Below, in pieces: positions 9,772-21,061 of a stretch of DNA of 64,000 bases; positions within the stretch are counted from its first letter, which is position 1; the number at the start of each line of letters is the position of its first letter. Source of the stretch: Nitrosopumilaceae archaeon (GTDB lineage Archaea; Thermoproteota; Nitrososphaeria; Nitrososphaerales; Nitrosopumilaceae); the NCBI GenBank assembly GCA_965203465.1, contig CBDBCR010000003.1, forward strand, positions 224,001 to 288,000. The letters run 5' to 3'. The notes under the pieces were generated by a model. The model did no database searches, was not told the DNA's origin, and was given only the letters and a program-made list of their open reading frames with translations. Both the position numbers and the translations under genes were made by a program.

Positions 9772-12700
9772 ATGCGGTGGGCGCGCGCGGCGGTCCTGCT
9801 CGCGGCCGCCCCCGCCCTGGCGTGGGGCCTCGGCGCCGACATGGCGCCGGCAGGCGAGGGGCCCGGGATCGAGTTCGAATCGTCCATAGCCCAGATCCCC
9901 GCCTCGGCCTCGGGGCAGCACGCCGCGCGGGTGCTCGTCTTCGGCTCCGGCGCGCCCCCCCAGCTGCCCGGCGTCTCGGTGTACTCGCCCCACGGGTTCT
10001 TTTCGGTGGCCACCGTACCGCACGGCTCGATCCCGGCGCTGAAGGCCCGCGGCCACGCGGTCATGGCAGACTTTATGGTGGAGCTGGACGGGGGCTACTC
10101 TCTGGGGCCGGCCGCGCAGGCAGGGCAGAGCAGCTCCACGTACACCGGAAAGGGCTCCACGGTGGCCATAGTGGACACCGGCGTGGACTTTTCCAACCCC
10201 GACCTGCGCGGCTCGCTTGCGCGCGACGCGCGCGGCCACCCCGTCATGCTCGACGCCGACGGGCAGGGCATCGTGATAACCAACGCCACGTTCTACGCCC
10301 ACATCGACGGCGACGGGATACTGCGCAACTATCCTGGGCCCCTGCCGGAGAACGCCACTGCGTCGGTGTACAGGAACCCGGACGGCGTGTTCCTGGACAT
10401 AGAGCGCGGCGGCGAGGGCACCACCATCTGGGTGTACAACTCTTTCTACCCGCAGGCAGGCGAGGAGCCCGTCTTCGAGGCGGTGCTAAACAACGACATG
10501 AAGATAGGCGAGAGCCACCGCGACTACATCAGGTCGCTGAGCGGGGTGTACCACCTGGGCGTGGCCTACCAGGGCGCGCTGTCGGGGAGCCTGGCCAGCC
10601 TGCAGCTGGTCCCCCTGCTGGTGACCGACCCCAACGTGGAGGGAGTCTACGACACGGTCACGGCCGACCTGTCGACCTCGTGGGGCGACTATACGGATTC
10701 GGACGAGCTTGACTTTGACTTTACCGACGAGCGCCCCGCGATACTGGGCAGCGGCAACGAGTTCCTGGTGTACGATTCGGACGGCGACGGGCGCGACGAC
10801 TACAGCGCCGGGGCCGTCGGCGCGCGCGTGCTCGACGTGTACGCGGCGGTGCAGCGCAACGCCACGGCGCGCGTGCACGACGCGGCCAACGCGGTCAACG
10901 GCACGCTGCTGCCCCCCATAGACCCCGAGGGCAACTTTGTGGGGCTGATGACCGACTTTGACGGGCACGGGACGGCCAGCGCCGGCACCGTGGCCTCGGC
11001 GGCCCAGTCGTCCTACGACGTGTACGGCAACGGCACAGAGTACTCGGTGCGCGGCTCGGCGCCGGGCGCCTCGATACTGCCCGTAAAGTCGATATGGTTC
11101 GGCGACACGGTGTACGCGTGGCTCTGGGCGGCCGGCTTCGACAACGAGGGGACCGAGTGGGTGTTTTCGGGCAGGCCGCGCGCCGACGTCGTCTCGAACA
11201 GCTGGGGCCTGTCCAACTTTCCGGACCTCGGAGCTCCCCCGGGCCTCGACGTGCTCTCGCTGGCGATGGCGGCTCTGTCCGCGCCCGGCTCGCTCGACGA
11301 CGACTATCCGGGGGTGCTGATGGTCTCGAGCGCGGGCAACTCGGGGCCCGGCTACGGCACCCTGGGCGCCCCCAACGCCTCGCCGCTGGGCCTGACCGTC
11401 GGCGCGTCGACGACCAACGCGTACGTGGGGTACGGCCCGTTCAAGGACCAGCCGCGCTTCGGCAACTCGACCGAGCACGGCGGCCACCTGGCCGACTTTT
11501 CGTCGCGCGGCCCCGGCGCGCTGGGCGACCCAAAGCCGGACATCGTGGGGCCCGGCGCGTACTCTTTCGTGCCGTCCAGCGTGCTGCGCGCGGACCCCGA
11601 GGACGAGCCGTTCTCGCTGTACGGCGGCACGAGCATGGCCGCGCCGGCCGTGGCCGGCGCGGCGGCCGTGGTCATGGAGGCCATGCGCGAGGAGGGCCTC
11701 TGAGGCGGATCCGTTCTCGGTAAAGAACATACTCTTGTCCACCGCGCGGGACATGGGCAACGATCCCTACTCGCAGGGCGCCGGGCTGTACGACACCGAT
11801 TCCGCGCTGGGGTACGTCTCGGGGTCGGGCCCGTTCGCCGTGTACAACGACGCCTCGTACGCCAACGTACGCGGGGCCCTCGAGGGCGCCGTCCAAAAGA
11901 CCAACTCGACCGAGCTGCAGCTGGGGCGCTTTTCGCTGCCCCCCCGCGACTTTCCCATGACCTCGTGGTTCGGCGGGCACGTCGAGCCGGGAGGCACGAG
12001 CACCGCCGAATTCACGATATCGAACAGGTCCGCCGAGCCCATACAGGTCGGGGTCTCGGCGGTGCGCCCGCACGTCGTGCAGCAGAGCTCCGCGCATGGG
12101 ACCACCGAGCCGCGCGTCACCGAGCCCGGCTACGAGGCGCCCGAAGACGGCGAAGAGGCGTACGCGCCAAACTACGTGCCGCTCTCCGAGGTGCGCGAGT
12201 ACGCCGAGCTGGGGGCGTTCTACGAGCCCGTCGGCATACCCGACGGCGCCGACATGATGGTGCTCAACGTCAGCTTTGAAATGGACGAGTTCATGCCCGA
12301 GGCCGACGAGTACGCCGACAGGCTGTCCATAGCCTCGGTGTACGTTTACGACTGGCACGACCGCGACGGCGACGCGCGCGTGACCAGCGACGAGCTGGCC
12401 ATGGTCTCGCGCGGCGGCTCGTGGGGGACCGTGCAGGAGCTGCGGCTGAGCGATCCGGCCTCGCTGTTCTCCGGCGTGCCCCTGGTCGGCATATACCCGG
12501 TGCCCGTCGACTTTTCGTACTGGCGGGGCCAGACCGACCAGGACGCCGAGCCCATGGACTACACGCTGACCGCCACCTTTTACGCCGACGCCCCCTGGGA
12601 CGCGGTCTGGACCAGCTCGCGCACGGCCTCGGTGCCGGCCGGCGGGACGGCCACCATAGACGCCTCGATAAAGGTGCCCGAGGGGACGCCCACCGGGGCC

Positions 12701-13263
12701 TACCAGGGGTTCCTTGAGTTCAGCAGCGCCACGTATTCTGCCAGGGCGCCGGTCTCGTACGCGGTCGCCGAGCCGGTCTCGGCCGGCTCGCGGGTGCTGG
12801 TGTCCGGCTCCTCCAGAGCAGCGTGGTGCACGGGCCCGGATACATAAAGGGGGCCTTTGACATGTCGGCGCGGTACATGGCAGGCGACTGGCGCCAGTAC
12901 TATTTCGACGTGCGGGATCCGGGCGTGGAGTCGGCCGTGCTGGACCTGTACTGGGAGGACGAGCGCACGAGCGCCTCGGTCTTCGTTGCCGCGCCGGACG
13001 GGCGCATCGCCTCGACCAGCACGCCGTCGGGGGCGTTCGGGCACTTTATCGGCTGGCCGTCGCTGGACTGGCTCGGCACCACGGGGTTCAGCGAGGGCGG
13101 CGGGTTCTACCCGGTGACCTCGAGGAATTCGACCTCCACGGCGGTGCACGTGCCGGTAAACCAGACCGGCGTCCATTCGGTGCTCGTGCATTCGACGCTG
13201 TTCGGGGGAAGCTCCGTGACCGAGCCGGTCGCCCTCGAGGCGCGGTTCTACGGGCCACGATAG
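9772..13263 (+). pseudogene. S8 subtilisin-family protease split by two frameshifts (9772-11703, about 11702-12815, about 12814-13263)
   Basis: Triad motifs IVDTGVD, GHGTASAG, GGTSMAAP. After an extra T at 11701 the frame continues EADPFSVKNILLSTARDMGNDPYSQGAG; a second shift occurs near 12812-12820. Could be sequencing error. Confidence 0.8.
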
Positions 13264-13312
13264 TGCCAAGCCGCGGGGCCAGGTTTAAGGCTCGGATCCG
13301 GGGCGGGGGCGC

Positions 13313-14683
13313 GTGGAGGCCGACGCGGTCGTAGTCGGGGCGGGCGTCTCGGGTCTGTGCACGGCGGCCCTGCTGTGCGGCGAGGGCGCCAGGCCCCGCG
13401 TGGTGGAGGCGTCCGGGCGCGTGGGCGGGCGGACCTCGTCTTCGGAGTTTCGCGGCCACATACTGGACAACGGCTTCCACATCATGCCCTTCTACAAGGC
13501 CTCGGCGCTGTACGGCGTGCTGCGCAGGCTGGGCCTCGAGGGCAGGCTCGAGTTTGCCGGCGTGGACCGCATAGCGTTCTGGTCGGGCGGGCGGTTCTCA
13601 AAGTACCCGCGCGGCATAGGCGACCTGCTCAGGATGGACATGATGCCGCCGGCCAGCCGCCTGCGGCTGCTGCGCGTCATCCTCCCGATGGCCTTTTCGA
13701 GCATGGACGCGGCCGCGCGCCACGACCGCACGCCGCTCTCGTCGGTGACCGGCAGGCTGGACGGGGGCGGCAAAGCTTTCTTCGAGGCCGTCTGCATGCT
13801 GGCCTTTGCCGATATACCCGAGAGGGTGGCGCTGGGCGAGTTCGTGCGGACCATGATCAGGGCCAACCCGTTCCGCGGCGGCACCAGCGAGTTTGCGTAC
13901 CCCGCGCGCGGCGGCTACGACCGCATCTGCGAGGTGCTCGCGCAGTACGTGCGCGAGAGGGGCGGCACCGTCGAGACGGGCGCCAGGGCCAGGCGCGTGG
14001 CCGTAAAGGGCGGCCGGGCCGCCGGCGTAGAGATGCAGGACGGGCGCTTCCTCGAGGGGAGGTGCACCGTCGTCTCGATGCCCGCCTACGACGCGGTCAG
14101 GGAGCTGTTCGAGCCCGGCGATCTGGGCATCGCCTTTGCCGAAAGGGCAGAAGAGCTCGACTCGGCCACGGCCGTCGTCGAGACGCACTACTGCACCTCC
14201 GAGCTTCCCGACCGGCGGCAGGTTGTCTTTCCGGTGGGCGCGCAGCGCGCGGCAAAGGGCGTGTTCTTCGTCTCCAACATCGCCCCGGCCGTCTCGCCTC
14301 CCGGCGAGCACCTGCTGATGGCCGGAACGCCCGTCTCGGCCGCCGACGCAAAGAGCAGCTCCGCCATATCCAGGATAAACGCAAAGATGAGGGGCGAGAT
14401 AGCCGAGATATACCCCGGGTTCGAATCGTCGCTCTTGTGGGAGCGGCCGATGGCTTGGAGCAAGGTCGAGGCAGTCTCGAAGGGGCCCGGCATGGTATGG
14501 AAGGACAAGTGCCCGCACGTCTGCCCGGACGTGGACGGCCTGTTCTTCGTGGGCGACTCTACGGTCGGCCACGGCATAGGGACCGATTCGGCCGCGCACA
14601 GTTCGGTGCTGTGCCACCCGAGGATAACGGAGTTTCTGCATGGTTTAAAGGACGCGCCCCCGCACCCGGGCGGGCCGCGATGA
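13313..14683 (+). CDS. FAD-dependent oxidoreductase (phytoene desaturase/amine oxidase family)
   Basis: VVVGAGVSGL..EASGRVGGR, DNGFH, LFFVGDS. Confidence 0.85.
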   Translation: MEADAVVVGAGVSGLCTAALLCGEGARPRVVEASGRVGGRTSSSEFRGHILDNGFHIMPFYKASALYGVLRRLGLEGRLEFAGVDRIAFWSGGRFSKYPRGIGDLLRMDMMPPASRLRLLRVILPMAFSSMDAAARHDRTPLSSVTGRLDGGGKAFFEAVCMLAFADIPERVALGEFVRTMIRANPFRGGTSEFAYPARGGYDRICEVLAQYVRERGGTVETGARARRVAVKGGRAAGVEMQDGRFLEGRCTVVSMPAYDAVRELFEPGDLGIAFAERAEELDSATAVVETHYCTSELPDRRQVVFPVGAQRAAKGVFFVSNIAPAVSPPGEHLLMAGTPVSAADAKSSSAISRINAKMRGEIAEIYPGFESSLLWERPMAWSKVEAVSKGPGMVWKDKCPHVCPDVDGLFFVGDSTVGHGIGTDSAAHSSVLCHPRITEFLHGLKDAPPHPGGPR

Positions 14684-14734
14684 AGAATCAGAGTTATGCC
14701 TGACACGTGATGAAAAGGCATTTGACCGAGCTGC

Positions 14735-15337
14735 CTAAACCACCCGGCGGCGCACCGCCTCGAGTTCCGCCCCGCCGACCAGCCCAGCCGATGCGAGCTC
14801 GGCGGTGATCTTCGAAATGTCCGCAAGGGCGTGCAGCCGCACGCCGCGCTCCCCCATCGACTCTGCGGCGCCCTCTAGGCGGTCGAGCACCACGAAGGCG
14901 TCCTTGACGATCGCGCCCTCTTGGCGCAGCTGCTCGACTGCGCGCACGACCGAGCCGCCCGTCGTGGCCACGTCATCTATCACGACGGCGCGCTCCCCCT
15001 CCCGTATGCGGCCCTCGACGGACTTTGAGGTGCCGTGCCCTTTGGGCGACGAGCGGACGTACACGAGCGGCTTTACGGTCTCGGAGGCCAGCGCCGAGGC
15101 CACCACGAGGCCGCCGGTCGGCACCGAGGCGAGCGGCCCGAACGAGTCCAGGCCGACCGTACCGGACACGAGTTTCTGCATCTGCTTGACCAAGAGCCGA
15201 AACTGCACCGGGTAGCTGGGCACCATCCTCAGGTCCACGTAGTACGGGCTGGGCCTGCCGCTGGAGAGCGTGAATTTTCCGTACCGTATTATGCCCTCTT
15301 TGTGCAGGAACCGGGCGAACTCGGAGGCAAACCCCAC
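14735..15337 (-). CDS. pyrE: orotate phosphoribosyltransferase
   Basis: GKFTLSSGRPSPYYVDLR, KGHGT, VIDDVATTGGS. Confidence 0.95.
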   Translation of the reverse strand: MGFASEFARFLHKEGIIRYGKFTLSSGRPSPYYVDLRMVPSYPVQFRLLVKQMQKLVSGTVGLDSFGPLASVPTGGLVVASALASETVKPLVYVRSSPKGHGTSKSVEGRIREGERAVVIDDVATTGGSVVRAVEQLRQEGAIVKDAFVVLDRLEGAAESMGERGVRLHALADISKITAELASAGLVGGAELEAVRRRVV

Positions 15338-15389
15338 GGCGCGGGCCGGGCGCACTGGATTTATTTTGGTTTGCCTACGCGGCGCCGGC

Positions 15390-16448
15390 ATGCCCGAGAT
15401 ATGGCTGCAGTACGGCAAGACCGATGTGGTCATGGACGTGCGCGCGGAGAACCTGCAGGATACAGTCTCGTCTTCGGGCAAGGCCATGCCCGACGAGGAG
15501 CTGGCCGAGAGGATCTCGTCGATAGACCTGAAAAAAACAGAGATAGCCGCGCTGGACGGCTCTTGGGGGACGCGCCGCGTCCTCTCGGCCATCCTGGCAG
15601 AGTGCGAAAAAAAAGGCCTGCCGCGCCCGCGCATAAGCGCCGATCCGCGCGCCTCGGGCATGCTGGGCGTGCCCGGCGTCGAGGCCCGCGCGGAAAGCCC
15701 GTCCGACGGGCTGCTGTTCGTAGGCGAGGCCGGCATGGACGGCCTGCTCGGCTTTAGCACCGTGGCCACCCGGCTCCTGCGCAGGTTCGGCCAGGAGCAC
15801 ATGCTCTCGGCTTTCGCAAAGCGCGAGGGCAACATGCCCTCGCCCGGAAAAAAGACGCCCGCCATGGAAGAGGCGCGCAGGTTCGCCGACGGCTTCGAGG
15901 TCTCGTGCGTCGAGGTGGTGGCAGGCCCCGGCGGCGTGGTGGACGCGGCAGTCGGCCACCCGTCCAAGACCTTGGAAGTGTGCTCGTCGATGGAGTCAGC
16001 CGCCGTCTCGGACGCCCCGAGGTGCGGCGCGCTGGCAGTCAGCCCAGGTCCCGGCTCGGGCTCGGACGATCTGGCCGGCGCGCTGCAGTCGCTCTGGAAC
16101 TGCCACCCCGGCGCCGCCGAGCGCGGCGTGGTGGTGCTGTTTGCAGAGTCGTCGGGCGGCCTCGGAACCGAGGCGCTGCGCAGGTTCGTCGAGGGGCGCA
16201 TCGACGCGGACCGCATAGCCAGCGCGCCGGCCTACGTCGAGGGCATGGAGGACCTGATGTACCTGTCCGGCGTGCGCGCGCGCGTGCAGGCGTGCCTCGT
16301 CTCGGCGTTGCCCGAGCTGTACGTAAAAAAGCTGGGCATGGTGCCGCTCGGCGGGGCACGGCAGGCGCTGGCCCACGTGCTAAAGTCCAAGGGGGCTAGG
16401 CAGAAGGTGCTTGTTGTAACAGATGGAGCAAGGGTTCTAATGCGGTGA
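15390..16448 (+). CDS. LarA N-terminal-like (DUF2088-type) protein
   Basis: MPEIWLQYGK start, AESSGGLG, C-terminal KVLVVTDGA; family recalled, not searched. Confidence 0.55.
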   Translation: MPEIWLQYGKTDVVMDVRAENLQDTVSSSGKAMPDEELAERISSIDLKKTEIAALDGSWGTRRVLSAILAECEKKGLPRPRISADPRASGMLGVPGVEARAESPSDGLLFVGEAGMDGLLGFSTVATRLLRRFGQEHMLSAFAKREGNMPSPGKKTPAMEEARRFADGFEVSCVEVVAGPGGVVDAAVGHPSKTLEVCSSMESAAVSDAPRCGALAVSPGPGSGSDDLAGALQSLWNCHPGAAERGVVVLFAESSGGLGTEALRRFVEGRIDADRIASAPAYVEGMEDLMYLSGVRARVQACLVSALPELYVKKLGMVPLGGARQALAHVLKSKGARQKVLVVTDGARVLMR

Positions 16449-17529
16449 GCGAATCCGGTATGGGCGCGCACAGCACCGCGCAGGCCATGACGCCGACGTA
16501 CGCGGCCTTGCGCCGCGCCGAGAGCGGCGTGATGTCGTCCATCAGCGTCACGCCGGCGTTGCGCCCGCTCATGAACAGCACGAACAGCGCGACGAACCAA
16601 AAGTTCATCAGCACCAGTATGCCGGCGCTCGCGTAGGTTAGCAGCCGGAGGGCCTTCCTGCCCAGCACCGTCCTTGCCATGTGCCCCCCGTCGAGCTGGC
16701 CTGCCGGCATCAGGTTGGCGAACGTAAGAAAGAACCCCACCCACGCGGCGAACAGCACCGGCGTCATCAGCACCTGCCCCCCGTCGCCCTTGCCGAACAG
16801 GGCCATGCTGGCCTTCATCAGCAGCGGCTCGCCGAACTGCCACTCGCTCAGCTGCTGCGACTCGTAGAGCGTCATGTACGTCTGCTCGTCTATGACCGGC
16901 GCGGCCCACGCGCCGTACAGGCCCACCACGACGGTGACGGCGAGGCCCGCTATCGGGCCGGCTATGGCCACGTCGAATGTCATCTTGCGGTTTATCATCA
17001 GGCCCTTTGCCATGATCAGCGCGCCGAATGTCGGGATCCCGATGACGGGCAGGCCCGGGATAAAGTACGGCCACGTGGTCCTGATGCGGTGGAGGCGCGA
17101 GAGCGCTAGGTGGCCCAGCTCGTGCACGCCCAGAATGCCCAGCAGGCAGGCCGTGTACAGTATCGCCATCTCCAGCGGGTCGCCTATCGGGACGATGGAG
17201 TTGGTGCCCTCGGTGCGGTAGTACCCGTCCACCATGACGAAGCCGACCACGACGGCGAACAGTACCCGCGGCAGCCAGTACGACGAGAGCAGCCTGCCCC
17301 GCCTGCGCTCCTCGAGGCGCCGCGCCACTATGTAGAGGCGGCCGCCCTTTCTTCCTATCTGGCAGGCGACCCCGTCGGTCTCGAGGCGCTGCGCCAGGCC
17401 CTCGAACCTGTCGTGGAATTCGGCGTCCCCGATCCTGAACAGTATCCTGTCGTCGTTCTGGTCTATCTGCTCCACGTCGAACTCGGCAGAGACGGCCCGG
17501 ATTATCTGATCCTCGCTGAGGTGCTCCAC
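16396..17529 (-). CDS. site-2 protease (M50 zinc metalloprotease)
   Basis: HELGH, AIAGPIAG, NLMPAGQLDGGH, multiple TM helices. Confidence 0.93.
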   Translation of the reverse strand: MEHLSEDQIIRAVSAEFDVEQIDQNDDRILFRIGDAEFHDRFEGLAQRLETDGVACQIGRKGGRLYIVARRLEERRRGRLLSSYWLPRVLFAVVVGFVMVDGYYRTEGTNSIVPIGDPLEMAILYTACLLGILGVHELGHLALSRLHRIRTTWPYFIPGLPVIGIPTFGALIMAKGLMINRKMTFDVAIAGPIAGLAVTVVVGLYGAWAAPVIDEQTYMTLYESQQLSEWQFGEPLLMKASMALFGKGDGGQVLMTPVLFAAWVGFFLTFANLMPAGQLDGGHMARTVLGRKALRLLTYASAGILVLMNFWFVALFVLFMSGRNAGVTLMDDITPLSARRKAAYVGVMACAVLCAPIPDSLTALEPLLHLLQQAPSA

Positions 17530-17902
17530 CGCCGCCCGGCGGCCCCCGCGCTGATTAATTGCTTTCGAGGCGGCGGGATTCGACCCGGCCGAAGGCGCCC
17601 GAGGCGGCGCCAGCTTGCGGGAGCGCCCGTCTGCGGGCGCGCTAGGACGGATCGCCGACTGACCTTGGCGCTACGATGCGGTTGATCGGACGCGCGCGAT
17701 GGGTTGGTAAAACACTGGGTTTGGCCGATCCTCAGCCACAGAGTGGCAGAGATGGCAGGACAACAAGATGCACGAATCGTGTCTTTGATCGTCCTCGTAT
17801 GGACCAAGACATGCCAGAGACAGGACAAGTATGCGCAGTCCCGAACGACCAATCGAGAGCATATGCCAGATAGTATAAAAGGCGCCGCGTCGAGCGCGTT
17901 GT

Positions 17903-18439
17903 GTGAACTCTGGCCCAGACATCTACGCATTGGTCAGTTTGGGCGCATCCGTCGCAACAATCTTGACTGTCGCGGTATCTGCGATCAAGTATTTTAGGAA
18001 CAAAAAAGCAGAAGAAAGCAGAGCGTCAGAGAATCTGTATCTGGAACTTAGAGATGTGCTAGATGGGTTGAATGTCGATAAGTTTCCTGAAAATTTCTGC
18101 GAGGCAGGCATAGATGATTATACAGGCAAAAAGAAAAAGGTGTGTTTTATGGCCAGAACCCTCAACCACGATTTTTACGACAGTCTGATCTACTCTGGAG
18201 GGATCAACTTTCTGGATCCGGCACTCCAGCAACAGGTTCAAGACGCCTTCAAACGAATCAAAACACACAACAAATACGTGGACACCGTGCTAGAGATATC
18301 AGATCATAATAATAGCACCATACCGGTTCGTGCATACAGATATTGTGAATGGATAGAGAATACTGAAAAAATCCTACAAAAAGAGCTTCCAAAAATATTG
18401 AAAAAGTTACAGATCCGCTTTAAGGCGAATCGTCAGTAG
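17903..18439 (+). CDS. hypothetical protein with N-terminal membrane anchor in an AT-richer islet
   Basis: TM helix followed by KYFRNKK; TATAAAA at about 17874-17880. Confidence 0.7.
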   Translation: MNSGPDIYALVSLGASVATILTVAVSAIKYFRNKKAEESRASENLYLELRDVLDGLNVDKFPENFCEAGIDDYTGKKKKVCFMARTLNHDFYDSLIYSGGINFLDPALQQQVQDAFKRIKTHNKYVDTVLEISDHNNSTIPVRAYRYCEWIENTEKILQKELPKILKKLQIRFKANRQ

Positions 18440-18730
18440 ACTTTGGCTTGCCCATTCTTAGCACATTGTGTGCAGTCGAGTTGGTCTGCCGTACGGGCGG
18501 CATTTCTTGGCTTCCGTACAAAGGTCTTTCTTCAGAGTTCCGATCAGTTTTTTCCGGCATGCTTGACGTTATAGCACGATGTATTTAAACATAAGTCGTC
18601 ACAAATGGTCGCCTTTTTAAGCAGGTCTGCCAGATTCCCCCGATCCCGCGGCCGGCCCGTTCCGGCATCGCGCGCGCCCGCCGGCAGGAACCCGGCAAGA
18701 GCCAAATAGCGGAGGGCGCCCACGGCGGGC

Positions 18731-18940
18731 GTGAAGATACTCTGCCCCAAATGCCTCAAATCTGCAGAGCTCGCGCCGGACTTTTCGTCGGTGTGCTGCA
18801 CCGAGTGCGGCCTGGACATGGGGTACGGCGAGTACGTGAGGTACGTGGCCCACAACAACCCAAAGTATTCGGACATACTGGGCGACTATGCGGGCAGCAC
18901 CGAGGGGCAGTCTGCCGGCACGCTGGACGAGTGGGACTGA
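18731..18940 (+). CDS. small zinc-ribbon protein
   Basis: CPKC ... CTEC. Confidence 0.7.
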   Translation: MKILCPKCLKSAELAPDFSSVCCTECGLDMGYGEYVRYVAHNNPKYSDILGDYAGSTEGQSAGTLDEWD

Positions 18941-18974
18941 CGGTTTATTATCGAGCCGGCGCGCGCGGGCTCGG

Positions 18975-19586
18975 TTGGATCCGCTCGCGGGCGCGCTCAA
19001 CGGCGCCGGGTTTGCAGTCGGCGCGGCCATAGGGGCCATATCGTTCGCCGGCTTCAGGAACACGGGCAGCCCCACGCTTCTCAGGCTGGCCGTGGCGTTC
19101 TCGGCGATAGGCGCGGGCTTTCTGCCCATCTGGGCCGGCGGCCTCGGCGCGCCCGGCTGGGTCGGCACGCTGGGCCTGGCCATGCAGGCGGTGGGGTACT
19201 TTTTCATCGCGTTCTCGCACAGCATGAAGGCGTTCCTCCCGCGGTCCGGCAGGCTCACGTCCGTCTATGCGCTGCCGCTGTTCCTCGGCTCGTACGTGCA
19301 GATGGGCCACATCGTCAGGTCGGTCTCCTTCATACTGCTGGCCTACGGGGCCATAGAGACGGTCCTTTCGTACATCGAGAACAGGAAGCCGGGCACCGCC
19401 ATGGTGGCGGCGGGCCTCGTGATGCTGGCCCTCGGCGAGTTCCTCTCGTGGTACTCGCTGGTCTATCCTGATTCCCCGCTGCTGCTGGCATCCGGCGCCG
19501 TCAAGATAGGCGGGCTGCTGGCCATATTCGTGCCCGTCAGCAGGGTGGCGCTGGCCGGGCGCGTGCGCGCGGGCCAAAAAGATTAG
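18975..19586 (+). CDS. polytopic membrane protein
   Basis: About seven hydrophobic segments; TTG start 18975 with TTTATTAT upstream. Confidence 0.7.
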   Translation: MDPLAGALNGAGFAVGAAIGAISFAGFRNTGSPTLLRLAVAFSAIGAGFLPIWAGGLGAPGWVGTLGLAMQAVGYFFIAFSHSMKAFLPRSGRLTSVYALPLFLGSYVQMGHIVRSVSFILLAYGAIETVLSYIENRKPGTAMVAAGLVMLALGEFLSWYSLVYPDSPLLLASGAVKIGGLLAIFVPVSRVALAGRVRAGQKD

Positions 19587-19646
19587 AGCGTCTTGTCAAC
19601 TTTTTTTGAGATCGGCGCTTATTTGGAGGGACGGGAAGCGTAACCC

Positions 19647-19928
19647 ATGGCCGAGCACAGGGCCCAGATAGAGGTGATAGGCGAGATACTCTCGACGGCC
19701 TCGGACCAGACCGAGGAGGGCGCCGGGGTCACCTCGCTGGTGAGGAACGCCAACGTCCCGCACGCGAGGATCTCGGGGGTGCTCGGCACGCTGGTCGCCC
19801 GCGGCCTGCTGGAGCGCTCGGCCGGCGGCAGCCACGCCAGGTACCGCATCAGCGTGTCGGGCCGGCAGTTCCTGCGCGAGTACCGCGCGTTCCGCGAGGT
19901 CGCCGACAGTTTCGGGCTGTCCATCTAG
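19647..19928 (+). CDS. winged-helix transcriptional regulator (archaeal HTH_45-like)
   Basis: HRAQIEVIGEIL..TSLVRNANV..YRISVSGRQFL. Confidence 0.8.
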   Translation: MAEHRAQIEVIGEILSTASDQTEEGAGVTSLVRNANVPHARISGVLGTLVARGLLERSAGGSHARYRISVSGRQFLREYRAFREVADSFGLSI

Positions 19929-19961
19929 AATTAATACGGGCCGCGCGGCCGCGCGGGGAGG

Positions 19962-20543
19962 TTGGCAGAGACCGTCCCGTGCTCCGAGGCCGGGATCGAG
20001 AAGGCGCGCGGCGCGGTCGCGGGCGGCGGGGCGATCGTGTTCCCCACCGACACCGTCTACGGGCTGGGCTGCGATCCGTACAACCCGGCCGCGGTCGAAA
20101 AGGTGTACAGTATCAAGAACAGGCCCCGATCGAAGGGCCTGCCGGTGCTCGGCCTGCGGGCCCGCATCGAGGAGATCGCGGCCGTCGACGGCGTTGCGGC
20201 CCGGCTCGCGGAAAGGTTCTGGCCCGGCCCCGTCACGCTGGTCGTGCCGCTGCGCGATCCGAGGCTTGCCTGCACGCTCGGTTCCCGTACCGTGGCCGTG
20301 CGCGAGCCGTCGGGAAGATGCGCGCAGGCCGTGCTCGTGGCCTGCGGCCTGCTGGTCGGCACTAGCGCCAACGCCTCGGGCATGCCGGCGCCGGGTTCGG
20401 CCTCCGAGTGCGCGCTGGAGGGCCACGATCTTCTCATAGACGGCGGCCCGGCCGGCGGGGAGCCCTCCACGGTGGCAGACTGCACCAGCGGCAAGATACT
20501 GCGGCGCGGCGCTTCCGCAAAAGAGGTCGAGCGCATGCTTTGA
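19962..20543 (+). CDS. sua5: L-threonylcarbamoyladenylate synthase (Sua5/TsaC)
   Basis: FPTDTVYGLG, KNRP, FWPGPVT, GTSANASG, PSTV. Confidence 0.92.
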   Translation: MAETVPCSEAGIEKARGAVAGGGAIVFPTDTVYGLGCDPYNPAAVEKVYSIKNRPRSKGLPVLGLRARIEEIAAVDGVAARLAERFWPGPVTLVVPLRDPRLACTLGSRTVAVREPSGRCAQAVLVACGLLVGTSANASGMPAPGSASECALEGHDLLIDGGPAGGEPSTVADCTSGKILRRGASAKEVERML

Positions 20544-21061
20544 ACGTCATAGTCACGTGCCCGCGCCGCTTCGAGCCCGAGGCCGGCCAAGAGGCCTCGC
20601 GCATGCTCGCAAAGTCCGGCATCGGCGTCAGCCGCGTGGAGGCGACGGGCATGCCCGGCATACTCGTGCTGCAGGCAGACTCGGATCCGGTCAGAGCCGT
20701 GGCCGCCATGGCCGAGGCCGTGGCCGACGAGCCCTGGTCTGCCAGGTACGTGCAGAGGGCCATACCCGTGCAGGAGAGCGTGCCTGCCGGCGAGCAGGAG
20801 ATAGTGGGCGCGGCCGTGCGCCTCGCCTCCCGCATAGGGCCCGGCAGCGCGTACAGGGTCACGGTCGAAAAGCGCCGCACGTCCCTGTCGGCGCGCGCCC
20901 TCATATCCGGCATAGCCGGGGAGCTGGACAGGAAAGTCAGCCTGGACGAGCCCGACTACGTGGTGATGGTCCAGATACTCGGCCCCGAGGCGGGCGTCTC
21001 GGTGATAAGGCCCGGCGACGTGCTGCGCACGGCCCTGGCCAAAATGTCAGAGGACAGCTGA
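20540..21061 (+). CDS. THUMP domain RNA-binding protein
   Basis: NVIVTCPRRFE, YRVTVEKR, KVSLDEPDYVVMVQILG. Confidence 0.85.
   Translation: MNVIVTCPRRFEPEAGQEASRMLAKSGIGVSRVEATGMPGILVLQADSDPVRAVAAMAEAVADEPWSARYVQRAIPVQESVPAGEQEIVGAAVRLASRIGPGSAYRVTVEKRRTSLSARALISGIAGELDRKVSLDEPDYVVMVQILGPEAGVSVIRPGDVLRTALAKMSEDS

Noticed and set aside
11701-11703. TGA as selenocysteine or stop read-through
   Set aside because: The protease continues in a different frame, so this is a frameshift rather than read-through.
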